Shown piece after piece: positions 28,791-37,697 of a DNA stretch of 52,750 bases. This DNA comes from a virus (taxonomy: Duplodnaviria; Caudoviricetes), in IMG/VR virus record IMGVR_UViG_3300032308_001864, positions 1 through 52,750 of that record, one strand, 5' to 3'. A program made the position numbers and the translations under genes. The first letter of the stretch is position 1, and every line of letters begins with the position of its first letter. The notes beneath the pieces are model-generated. The model made no database searches and was not told the DNA's origin. It saw only the letters and a program-made list of their open reading frames with translations.

Positions 28791-29163
28791 GGCGGATTTT
28801 GATCAAATAATTTTTGGTAAAAAAAAATTTAGTGACCTCATAAAAGAGATTTATGACAGGTCAGTTAGTAAAGAATCCCAGATCGGAGATTTAATTATGC
28901 AATTGCAAGGATTAATACAGAATACCAGCGATGCTTTGATGGTAGTGCCACTTATAGCCTCATACATGGACTTAAATCTTAAAAACGATGATTTACTCAT
29001 AAAGATGCTTGGGGTCGTACAAAAGGCTATGGATAGGGGTAAAGAGACAGGTAGCACTATTCTTTCAGAAGAAGAAAAGCAACAATTGATAGATATAGCT
29101 AAAGAGTACGGTGGAACCGAAGGTCAGATTTTAACTAAAAAAGACTTACCCAACTCAAAATAA
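28789..29163 (+). CDS. Hypothetical helical protein, first gene of the plus-strand arm
   Basis: Intact 124-aa ORF abutting the next gene; function not recognised. Confidence 0.8.
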   Translation: MADFDQIIFGKKKFSDLIKEIYDRSVSKESQIGDLIMQLQGLIQNTSDALMVVPLIASYMDLNLKNDDLLIKMLGVVQKAMDRGKETGSTILSEEEKQQLIDIAKEYGGTEGQILTKKDLPNSK

Positions 29164-30714
29164 ATGAAAAACGGAACAGCGGCTTTAGGGGAATCCATAT
29201 CATCGGCTGCTAGGATGGAATATGGAATAGCAGGTTCTGTTTACGGCAAAAGTAAAGCCGGTGAACAAGATTTTGTCTGCAGAGTAGAATTTGTTTTATA
29301 TGATGATTCTGACAAAATTAAATATCAGAAATATTTAGGGGTAATTGGAACTATTGAATGTCGACCTGTTATAGATGATAACTTGTCTGCCGACAGTCCA
29401 ATTGTGGCTTTTCCAATAGATAGTAATATAAAAAAATTACCATTAATAAATGAATTAGTCTTAGTTAGAGCAGCTTCAAATATGAAGACTCAGGATCCCG
29501 ATGAAAACTATAATGCTTCTCATTACTACATCAATATAATTGGAACTTGGTTTTCTCCTGAACATAATGCCACCCCCGATGCGGGATTTTTCAAAGATAA
29601 AAGTAAATCTGTTACAGGTGATAGATTTAAAGATACTGGGCTTATTAGACCCTTAATACATAATCCCGGAGATATAACATTTGAAGGCAGATTTGGAAAT
29701 ACTATACGACTTGGCGGTTCAAATAAAACTTCTATTAAAAATCCTTTAACAGGAGAAGATAATAAACCAGTTATTTTAATTAAAAATGGTCAAAATGTCA
29801 ACTTAAAGAAAGAGTTGAATAAGGCTATATATGAAGATATAAATAACGATGGTTCTTCTTTTTATATGCTGTCTGGACAGAATAACCCACTAGTTTTAGG
29901 AAATTATAATTTTGAATCATACGGTCAAAAAGTTGAATCAACTAAAAGGAATATGGTTGAAATAGATAATGTTGTAAATAATACTCCTAGCACATCGTTA
30001 AAACAAAACGAAACCGCTCCCGTAAAAGAGGAGAAATATACTGAAAAGAAAGTTATAACAAGTGGAACCGAGAATAAAGACAAAAATAAATTATCAGACG
30101 AACTGGCTACTATTCCTGATACTGAAGGGGAAATGGACGAATTTGTTACTATGACCTCCGATTTAGAAGATGTGATAGATCTTAATCAAAGTATATCAGA
30201 AGTTTATGAGGACGCAAATTCTCCTACTATTACAATCGGTATAAATTTTGCATTAAATGTAAAACATATAATTCAAAATACACCATGGAAATGCTTCCTA
30301 GCCAGTACAGAAATGGTCATGAAATATTATAATATAACAACTGAGGCCACTCAAAACACTATTCCTAAAAAATATTTAGATTCTAGTAACAATTTTAATT
30401 CAAGTGCTTTTTATAGTGCAAAAGGATTCAATATAACTAAAGTGAATATCTCAGGAGGAGTAGAAGGATATGCTAAAATAATTCAAGTATTTAAAGAACA
30501 AACTCCTAGAATTCCTATAATTTTATACCGTAAGCCAACCAATTTAAGCATAACTGACCCTAACCGAGGTCACTTTGTCGTAGTGGTGGGAATTACAGAC
30601 AGTAATCGTATAATAGTAAATGACCCTGGTAGGAGAGATGGATATAGAGTTATTTTAAGAGAAGAACAACTAAGAACTTTCGGTGGAAGTTTACGTATAC
30701 CAAAAAAATATTGA
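29164..30714 (+). CDS. Baseplate spike (gp5-like) N-terminal part fused to a C39-like cysteine peptidase
   Basis: OB-fold-type LPLINELVLV...YYINII and GDITFEGRFGNTIRLG; acidic linker; C-terminal QNTPWKCFLAS...GHFVVVVG...IVNDPG (Q-C-H-D). Confidence 0.7.
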   Translation: MKNGTAALGESISSAARMEYGIAGSVYGKSKAGEQDFVCRVEFVLYDDSDKIKYQKYLGVIGTIECRPVIDDNLSADSPIVAFPIDSNIKKLPLINELVLVRAASNMKTQDPDENYNASHYYINIIGTWFSPEHNATPDAGFFKDKSKSVTGDRFKDTGLIRPLIHNPGDITFEGRFGNTIRLGGSNKTSIKNPLTGEDNKPVILIKNGQNVNLKKELNKAIYEDINNDGSSFYMLSGQNNPLVLGNYNFESYGQKVESTKRNMVEIDNVVNNTPSTSLKQNETAPVKEEKYTEKKVITSGTENKDKNKLSDELATIPDTEGEMDEFVTMTSDLEDVIDLNQSISEVYEDANSPTITIGINFALNVKHIIQNTPWKCFLASTEMVMKYYNITTEATQNTIPKKYLDSSNNFNSSAFYSAKGFNITKVNISGGVEGYAKIIQVFKEQTPRIPIILYRKPTNLSITDPNRGHFVVVVGITDSNRIIVNDPGRRDGYRVILREEQLRTFGGSLRIPKKY

Positions 30715-30716
30715 TA

Positions 30717-31172
30717 ATGGCATTCCAGGATATAAATACATTTAAAGGTGATAGTGTCATATTGAATACAGACAGAATTATATTCAATACTAAAAAAGAT
30801 AATATTTTTCTTTTATCTAAGAAAGACGTTGTTATATCAGCTTATGGTGATGTACATATAAATGTGGGGCCTGAAAATTATACTAAAAAAGATAAATTTT
30901 TTATTGTAAATTCTCCAATAATACAATTAGGACTAAGTTCTAAAGGAGAATTAGAGCCAATAGCAAAAGGAGCACAAGCAGAAAAAATTTTAAATAAAAT
31001 GATTACTGCGTTAGATTCTTTTTCAATAGCATTGAAAACAGCTACGGGCGCAGGAGCCGGAGTAGTAAATTTAATACAGATTAATGCAGCAGCTGATAAA
31101 TTATCGTCTGATTTGAAATTTATACAAAAAAATATAGAAAAAATAAAATCTGAAACAACTTATAGTATATGA
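30717..31172 (+). CDS. Baseplate spike C-terminal part (beta-helix and tail helices)
   Basis: GDSVILNTDRIIFNTKKDNIFL, IVNSPIIQLG...EPIAKG, terminal IKSETTYSI. Confidence 0.6.
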   Translation: MAFQDINTFKGDSVILNTDRIIFNTKKDNIFLLSKKDVVISAYGDVHINVGPENYTKKDKFFIVNSPIIQLGLSSKGELEPIAKGAQAEKILNKMITALDSFSIALKTATGAGAGVVNLIQINAAADKLSSDLKFIQKNIEKIKSETTYSI

Positions 31173-32062
31173 CAAATTTAGATGTAAATAGCATAAACGG
31201 TATAAAAAACACAATTTCTTCAAATCTTAACATAGAACAAAAGATAGAAGAGAATGTGACTTCTGCTATTAGTGATCCTATAGGAGCTTCAATAAAAAAA
31301 ATATTATTTAAATCAAACTCTTTAATAAACACAGTAGCAGATAAAATTGAAAATCTAAACGGAGATTTTATAAAAATGTCTGATAATAAATCTAAAGTGT
31401 TATTAGAAGGAACAAACATAGTAATAAAAACTACTTACGATAATATTGAAAAAGCTGCACAAATCCAAGAAAATATACAAAATAAAATAAATTCGATAAC
31501 AAACACTATAAATATTTTAAGCACAACCATAGAAACTCTTTCAGCTATAGCTACAACCGCAACAATCTTACTTAAAGTTTTATCTGTGCAAGAAACAATA
31601 TTATCACTTAATCCTGTTTCGGGTCCGATGTTTACAGTATTCAAAAAAGCAATTAAAATAGTTTTTTTAAAAGAAATATTAACTCAGAACTTAAAAGTAT
31701 TACAATCTTCTTTATTACAAAATAAGAAACTTTTAGAATTGTTAAAAAACCGGTTTAATGGGCTCAAGGTTCAAGTTAAAATTGACGACAACAATAATAA
31801 CATAACTTCAAATAAAGCGCAAGAAATGGTCGTGTATGACCTTCTTGGGGGTCAAAATGTTAATAACACATCAGAGGAGTATTTAAGTACTAATGGTAAT
31901 ACGTATATATTAAAAATAGAAAAATATGGAGAAAAAATGCTCATTGGTAAAGCGTATGATAAATTTTCCGGCCTGTTGTTTCAACAAACCGCACCGAGTT
32001 TTGTATCCTCGGCAGAAGAATTAAATCAAGAATTAAAACAAATATTAAACGACACTGTATAA
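31169..32062 (+). CDS. Hypothetical coiled-coil protein
   Basis: 297 aa, ATGA-coupled, heptad-rich. Confidence 0.75.
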   Translation: MTNLDVNSINGIKNTISSNLNIEQKIEENVTSAISDPIGASIKKILFKSNSLINTVADKIENLNGDFIKMSDNKSKVLLEGTNIVIKTTYDNIEKAAQIQENIQNKINSITNTINILSTTIETLSAIATTATILLKVLSVQETILSLNPVSGPMFTVFKKAIKIVFLKEILTQNLKVLQSSLLQNKKLLELLKNRFNGLKVQVKIDDNNNNITSNKAQEMVVYDLLGGQNVNNTSEEYLSTNGNTYILKIEKYGEKMLIGKAYDKFSGLLFQQTAPSFVSSAEELNQELKQILNDTV

Positions 32063-32089
32063 TTTTATAACTTCAAATATTTATATTAT

Positions 32090-32533
32090 ATGACAAAAGA
32101 CGACATCATTTTGATTAAAGAGCTGATTAAAGAATCAGTTAGATCCGTAATTAGAGAGGAAATCGAAGCTACGAACAGAAAAGACTTTAAAGATGTTAAG
32201 CTACTTTTAGCTAAAATCATTAAAGAAAACGCTGCTTATAAAGACAGTACTATAGTAGAAAGCAGACACAATAGTTACCGACAAATGGGGGAAAGACCCG
32301 CTGCGGAAGATAATTTCAAGAAAAGAGAAAGATTGAAATCTATGTTCGGAAAAGATAATAGTGACATGATAAACGAGTCTATGCGTTTCCCTATTGCTCC
32401 TATACCAAACATAAGTCAAGAACATGCAACGAATATATCTTTAAATGGAACGCTTCCTGACATCGACGCCCCAATTCCGTTTATAGATAAAAATTCTATT
32501 GCTTGGAAAGCAATGCAGGAAAAAATATCATAA
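32090..32533 (+). CDS. Hypothetical protein (147 aa)
   Basis: KELIKESVRSVIREE N-terminal helix; preceded by an ATATTTATA motif. Confidence 0.75.
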   Translation: MTKDDIILIKELIKESVRSVIREEIEATNRKDFKDVKLLLAKIIKENAAYKDSTIVESRHNSYRQMGERPAAEDNFKKRERLKSMFGKDNSDMINESMRFPIAPIPNISQEHATNISLNGTLPDIDAPIPFIDKNSIAWKAMQEKIS

Positions 32534-32534
32534 G

Positions 32535-32933
32535 ATGCCAATAAAAAGAGAAGAATATAATATACTTAGACAAGATATATATAAAAATGTTGGAATAGGT
32601 ATTGAAATACCTTTTTCAGAAGATACCGTTTTTAAAACCACATATTCTTCAAAAGATCAAATTAAAAGTAATCTCATCAATTATTTGTTATCAAATGTTG
32701 GTGAGAGACCTTTTAGTTCATTTGGCGCTAATCTACGGCAGTACATTTTTGAACAGATGGTAGATGAAGAAAGACTTTCTGAAATATTGATTGAAAAAAT
32801 ATATCTATATGTTCCTAATATAACAGTGAACAAAGTAGACGTTTCTAAAATAGAAGAAGATAATTCTTTGGCTATACAGATTTACTATTCTTATAATAAC
32901 ACTAACGATAAAATAGCAATAAAAATAGCATAA
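32535..32933 (+). CDS. Baseplate wedge subunit / sheath initiator (T4 gp25-like)
   Basis: GIEIPF...QIKSNLINYLLSNVGERP..FGANLRQYIFE; start moved to ATG 32535. Confidence 0.92.
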   Translation: MPIKREEYNILRQDIYKNVGIGIEIPFSEDTVFKTTYSSKDQIKSNLINYLLSNVGERPFSSFGANLRQYIFEQMVDEERLSEILIEKIYLYVPNITVNKVDVSKIEEDNSLAIQIYYSYNNTNDKIAIKIA

Positions 32934-34822
32934 TGCCTACTAAAGATATATCATATATTAATAAAGACTTCTCTTCTTTTAAAAATTCGCTAGTTCAATA
33001 CGCGAAAAACTATTTCCCCACGACTTACACGGACTTTTCCGATGCTAACCCGGGTAATATGTTTATTGAGATGGCTAGTTACGTAGGCGATGTTCTTTCT
33101 TTTTATATCGACAAGCAGGTCCAAGAAAATTTCTTGATGTTTGCTCAAGAAAAAGAAAATCTTATATCTTTAGCTTATGCTTTAGGGTACAGACCCAGAG
33201 TAACTTCAACTGCAACGGTTTTTTTGGATGTATATCAACAGGTACCAGCCATAATAAATGGCGGGGTGGCTTCTCCTGATTATAACTATTGTTTAATCGT
33301 AGATAAAGAAACCAAAGTTAGATCTTCTGATGCTTCAAATACTGTTTTTATAACAGAGGATTTAGTTGATTTTAGTTTTTCTTCTTCTGCCGATACCACG
33401 AACGTAAACGTTTACCAAATAAATACTGTAACAAATCAACCAGATTACTATTTGCTGAAAAAATCAGTAAAAGCTATTGCGGGGACTATAAACACGGCAT
33501 ATTTTTCTTTTGGTAATCCGATTAAATTTCAAAGTATAACAATAGATGATGAAAATATCATTGAAATATTAGATGTAGTTGATAGCGATGGTAATAAATG
33601 GTATGAAGTACCTTATTTAGCTCAAAATACTGTTTTTGAAGAGGTCAGGAACACCGAATTAAATGATCCTTTTCTTTCTCAGTATAACAATACTACGCCA
33701 TATCTTTTAAGAACTCGAAAGGTTCAACGTAGATTTACCACAAGATTTGATTCTAACAATAAATTAACAATAGAATTTGGGGCGGGTATCATAAATTCTA
33801 ATGATGAGGAAATTGTTCCTAATTCCGACAATATAGGCATAGGTTTAATCGATAGTATAACTAAATTAAACACCGCATTTGACCCAGCAAACTTTATGTA
33901 TACTAGGGAATACGGTCTTGCTCCTTCTAATACAAATTTAACTATACGATATATATCTGGTGGTGGTGTATCAACCAATGTTCCTGCAAATAGCATTACA
34001 CAGATATATGAAATGTCTTTAAACACTGTTTCTTTAGTGCAATCAACATTAAATCAGCAATTATTAAACTATGTTAAAAATTCAATTGCTTTTAATAATG
34101 AAAATCCTTCTTCTGGAGGGGGTGACGGTGATAGTATAGAAGATATCAGGCTTAAAACAATGGCTAATTTTCCTACTCAGCTTAGGAATGTTACCAAAGA
34201 CGACCACATGATAAGAGCTTTAAGCATGCCCTCCAAGTTTGGAATGTTATCTAAAGTATATGTGGCACAAGATTTAGCTTTAGGAGAGTATGATAAGCAA
34301 GAGGATTTTATAAATAGTAACCCTTTATCTCTAAGTTTTTATGTTCTTTCCTTTGATTCGGATAAAAAACTAACAAAAGCTTCTCGTGCAATAAAAGAAA
34401 ATCTTAAAAACTATATTGGGCAATATAAAATTTTAAGTGATGGTATAAATATAAAAGACGCGTACTATATAAACGTAGGAGTTAATTTTGATATAATAGT
34501 ATTACCCGCATATAACAGTCGAGAAGTATTAAATCAAGCCTTATCTAGCGTCAAAGACTATTTTAATATAGATAAATGGCAAATAAATCAACCTATAATA
34601 CTATCAGACATTTATAATCTTTTAAATGCTGTACAAGGCGTGCAAAGTGTTGTAAAAGTTGATATAACAAACAAATATGGTGTTGTAAATGGGTATTCAG
34701 AATATGGATACGACATAAAAGGTGCGACAAAAAATAACATAATATATCCAAGTTTGGACCCGGCAATTTTTGAGGTGAGATATCCTAACAACGATATTTA
34801 TGGTAAGATAATAACATACTAA
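32933..34822 (+). CDS. Baseplate wedge protein (T4 gp6 / baseplate J-like)
   Basis: YINKDFSSFK...YTDF...PGNMFIEMASYVGDVLSFYID, ALGYRP, IEFGAG, SSGGGDGDSIEDIR...QLRNVTKDD. Confidence 0.93.
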   Translation: MPTKDISYINKDFSSFKNSLVQYAKNYFPTTYTDFSDANPGNMFIEMASYVGDVLSFYIDKQVQENFLMFAQEKENLISLAYALGYRPRVTSTATVFLDVYQQVPAIINGGVASPDYNYCLIVDKETKVRSSDASNTVFITEDLVDFSFSSSADTTNVNVYQINTVTNQPDYYLLKKSVKAIAGTINTAYFSFGNPIKFQSITIDDENIIEILDVVDSDGNKWYEVPYLAQNTVFEEVRNTELNDPFLSQYNNTTPYLLRTRKVQRRFTTRFDSNNKLTIEFGAGIINSNDEEIVPNSDNIGIGLIDSITKLNTAFDPANFMYTREYGLAPSNTNLTIRYISGGGVSTNVPANSITQIYEMSLNTVSLVQSTLNQQLLNYVKNSIAFNNENPSSGGGDGDSIEDIRLKTMANFPTQLRNVTKDDHMIRALSMPSKFGMLSKVYVAQDLALGEYDKQEDFINSNPLSLSFYVLSFDSDKKLTKASRAIKENLKNYIGQYKILSDGINIKDAYYINVGVNFDIIVLPAYNSREVLNQALSSVKDYFNIDKWQINQPIILSDIYNLLNAVQGVQSVVKVDITNKYGVVNGYSEYGYDIKGATKNNIIYPSLDPAIFEVRYPNNDIYGKIITY

Positions 34823-34833
34823 AAATACAATTT

Positions 34834-35376
34834 ATGATTTTTAACAGCGCAGGACATAACCCAAAAGGGATTAAAGTAGACCCAGGAGCATCCGGTTTTG
34901 GTTACAATGAAGCACATTTGGCATGTATGCAGCGTGATGCTGTCAATGCTGAATTAGATAAGAAGAATGTTAAGTATATTTCAGATAAAGACGACGAAAC
35001 ACTATCTGATTATCTTAAAAGAATACAGACAGGAGAAGGGTCGGTGGTACTAGAGTATCATTTTGACGCTTTTAATGGTAAGGCAAGTGGTGCTACAGCC
35101 TTAGTTGGCAGCGACGCTGATAGATTAGACAAGATGTTTGCCAAAGAATTGGTTGATACTACCTCTACCATTTTGGGTATACCTAATAGAGGCGTAAAAA
35201 GCGAGTCTGAAAGCCATAGAGGAAGACTAGGTTTAATGCGCGAACAAGGTACAGTATCTTTAATTGAAATATGTTTTATTGACAATAAGGCAGATTTAGA
35301 TAAATGGTTTGCCAATTATGGTAAATTAGCTAAAGCCTATGCTGATATTTTGATAAAATATGAAAATTTAGTTTAA
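34834..35376 (+). CDS. N-acetylmuramoyl-L-alanine amidase (Amidase_3), catalytic domain only
   Basis: SAGHN..., DPGA...NEA, LEYHFDA, LIEICFIDN give the H-E-H zinc ligands and the catalytic E. Confidence 0.9.
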   Translation: MIFNSAGHNPKGIKVDPGASGFGYNEAHLACMQRDAVNAELDKKNVKYISDKDDETLSDYLKRIQTGEGSVVLEYHFDAFNGKASGATALVGSDADRLDKMFAKELVDTTSTILGIPNRGVKSESESHRGRLGLMREQGTVSLIEICFIDNKADLDKWFANYGKLAKAYADILIKYENLV

Positions 35377-35378
35377 TA

Positions 35379-35810
35379 ATGCCTGTATATAAAATTTTTC
35401 CAAGTAAAGATACTACCATTTATTCTGAAAAGAGTACAACCAACACTGGAATGGACGCTATATTGGAATTAACAAAAGAAAAAAGTGTATTATATCCGTT
35501 CCAACAAGTTGGAATAGCCTACATATATGTCGGAACAGACGCTTTTGATGCTAGTTTTGACCCGACTTTCTCGGGGAACCCGGCTTCTACTGGATCTATA
35601 TCTGTTTCTTTGGAGGGTGTACCCTTGGGTTCATATACTGTAAACCCTGCTACTGACACAAATGTTAGTATTCTAGCAACAAACCTGGCTGCTTCAATAA
35701 CTTTAAACAGCTTTACAGCTACCGCCACCAGTAATATTGTAAAAGTTGTTGCACCCAAAACATACGGGAATTATATTTCAGGTAAACAATTAACAATTAC
35801 TATATCATAA
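35379..35810 (+). CDS. Virion protein fragment: N-terminal strands of a DNRLRE-like domain plus an inserted beta-sandwich
   Basis: PSKDTTIYSE..TTNTG.D.ILEL start, then FDASFDPTF and a sheath-insert-like DT...LATNLAASI...FTATATSNIVKVVA segment. Confidence 0.6.
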   Translation: MPVYKIFPSKDTTIYSEKSTTNTGMDAILELTKEKSVLYPFQQVGIAYIYVGTDAFDASFDPTFSGNPASTGSISVSLEGVPLGSYTVNPATDTNVSILATNLAASITLNSFTATATSNIVKVVAPKTYGNYISGKQLTITIS

Positions 35811-35827
35811 TTACAAAAAAATAAACA

Positions 35828-36340
35828 ATGAGTAAATCACGCACAGAACTTTTAACTAACGCGGCTACAATTAAGAACGAAACCACTGCTGCTGCAAATA
35901 CTGCAACAAGAATAGGAACAATGTTTGAAGACATTGTATATAGTACTAACAATACCAATTATACGTATTTTGCAAGATTATCTCAATCATCTACTTCCGC
36001 GCCAGCAGTACAAAGAGTATTCACGGATAATTTATCTGTCGGTGTGCCCGGCGATTTAAATTATACCGCAGTTGTTTATACTAGAAACTCTCCTGGAGAC
36101 TATAAAATTAAAATAAGATCCGCAGTTAGTTCTTCTAAAGTAACAGATGGTTATTCTTATGCGGTGTCTTTTTCTGACGCTAAAGTGAGAATGGTGTCTT
36201 ATACAAATGGGACAGATGGCTCTTATCCGCCAGCTCAATACTTTACAGAATTTAATATCAGGTCATATAATACTTCAGGTTCATTATCGGACGATGTTAT
36301 AAATTTTACTAACGTTTTAATACAATATTACGAATGGTAA
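35828..36340 (+). CDS. Inserted putative fibre/adhesin protein (170 aa)
   Basis: N-terminal IKNETTAAANTATRIG, then YFARLSQSSTSAP...YTRNSPGDY; flanked by ATATCAT direct repeats. Confidence 0.65.
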   Translation: MSKSRTELLTNAATIKNETTAAANTATRIGTMFEDIVYSTNNTNYTYFARLSQSSTSAPAVQRVFTDNLSVGVPGDLNYTAVVYTRNSPGDYKIKIRSAVSSSKVTDGYSYAVSFSDAKVRMVSYTNGTDGSYPPAQYFTEFNIRSYNTSGSLSDDVINFTNVLIQYYEW

Positions 36341-37365
36341 TATCATCATCGTTATTTGCTTTAGGTGACCCAAATACAACTCCGGTAGGCTCTACTGCGG
36401 CTAGAATATTGATACAATTCTCTGATACAGATATACAAGATGTTTATTCAAAATACATAACCGGTAGTGATTATAAGGCGTATTTAAAACTGTATTTAGC
36501 AAATGCTAGTGAAATTCCATCGGATTATACCGTCGTATGTTACCCTTTATACCAAAGTTGGGATATGGGTACTGGCAAGTATGGTAATTATCCCGTTGAT
36601 ATAAATGGTGTTTCTTGGAAATACAGAAACGCGAACTCTACTAATCAATGGCAAGCCAATTCATTCCCAGTTAATGTTACTGCATCATTTTTAACTGGCA
36701 GCGTGGGTGGAGGTGCTTGGTATTATAATTATCCGTCTACACAATCTTTTGGTGTTTATATAGATAAAGATATCACATTGGATGTTACTACAGCAGTCAA
36801 AAACATGGTGTCTGGAACAATATCGAACAACGGTTTTATTATAATGAACTCTGGGTCAATAGAATTTAACGGTAACTACAGTTATGTATTAAATTATTTT
36901 TCTAGAGACACCAATACAATTTACCCTCCAGTATTAGAATTTAAATGGAACAATACTGTTTATACTCCTAACACGGCTTCCATGAGTATATCGACTTCTC
37001 CCGATATTAGATTGTCTTTAAGTAACAATAAAGGCACATATAACCAATACTCGGTAGAAAGATTTAGAATAAATGTTAGAGATCAATATCCTGTAAGAAC
37101 TTTTACTACTTCATCTTTATATACAACACCAAAATATTTACCTAGTTCATCTTACTTTAGTATAAAAGATGTTAAAAGTGATTTGACAGTTATTGAATTT
37201 GATGATAATTATACTAAGATAGGTACTGATAGTAAAGGAAGTTATTTCGATGTTTATATGTATGGACTTGAACCTGAAAGATATTATAAAGTTTTAATTA
37301 AAACTGTAATAGACGGTTCCGTCTTGGTATTTGATAACGAACAATTCTTTAAAGTAATAGAATAA
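36334..37365 (+). CDS. Virion protein: remainder of the DNRLRE-like domain plus C-terminal domain
   Basis: RILIQF...KAYLKLY...YPLYQSWDMGTG...GVSW...LDVTTAV...NNGFII...YFSRDT...PVLEFKW. Confidence 0.7.
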   Translation: MVISSSLFALGDPNTTPVGSTAARILIQFSDTDIQDVYSKYITGSDYKAYLKLYLANASEIPSDYTVVCYPLYQSWDMGTGKYGNYPVDINGVSWKYRNANSTNQWQANSFPVNVTASFLTGSVGGGAWYYNYPSTQSFGVYIDKDITLDVTTAVKNMVSGTISNNGFIIMNSGSIEFNGNYSYVLNYFSRDTNTIYPPVLEFKWNNTVYTPNTASMSISTSPDIRLSLSNNKGTYNQYSVERFRINVRDQYPVRTFTTSSLYTTPKYLPSSSYFSIKDVKSDLTVIEFDDNYTKIGTDSKGSYFDVYMYGLEPERYYKVLIKTVIDGSVLVFDNEQFFKVIE

Positions 37366-37697
37366 TGGGCCAAACTGTAGACGTAAAACGTAAAATATAT
37401 GGTATAAGCACTTTTAAGAACGTAGTTGACGTAACTTTTAATCAATTAGTTCCAAAAGATGCGCCGGTAGTTGTAACAAAGCCTACTAACGTTGATGATT
37501 TTTTTAAAAGTTATGACGAACTTTTTTATGATATACCCGCAGTTGGAGACACTAATTCTCATTTAGAGTTAATAAATAGAAGCTCTGATTACATAGGAGT
37601 ATCTTTAGCTGAATTAGAAGAAGAAATAAAAACTTTAAGACAAGAAAACGTTAGTCTAAAAAATCAATTAGCTACGTTGGCTACAAATAATAAATAA
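37365..37697 (+). CDS. Hypothetical protein with C-terminal coiled coil
   Basis: TAATG-coupled on both sides; LAELEEEIKTLRQENVSLKNQL. Confidence 0.8.
   Translation: MGQTVDVKRKIYGISTFKNVVDVTFNQLVPKDAPVVVTKPTNVDDFFKSYDELFYDIPAVGDTNSHLELINRSSDYIGVSLAELEEEIKTLRQENVSLKNQLATLATNNK

Noticed and set aside
28789-29163. Terminase small subunit call for the 124-aa helical ORF
   Set aside because: Size and helicity fit, but there is no diagnostic motif and no large terminase in the window.
35802-36346. The 538-nt insert as an IS element or group I/II intron
   Set aside because: No transposase, terminal inverted repeats or room for a ribozyme core; it is almost entirely one structural-type ORF. Kept as an unexplained insertion instead.
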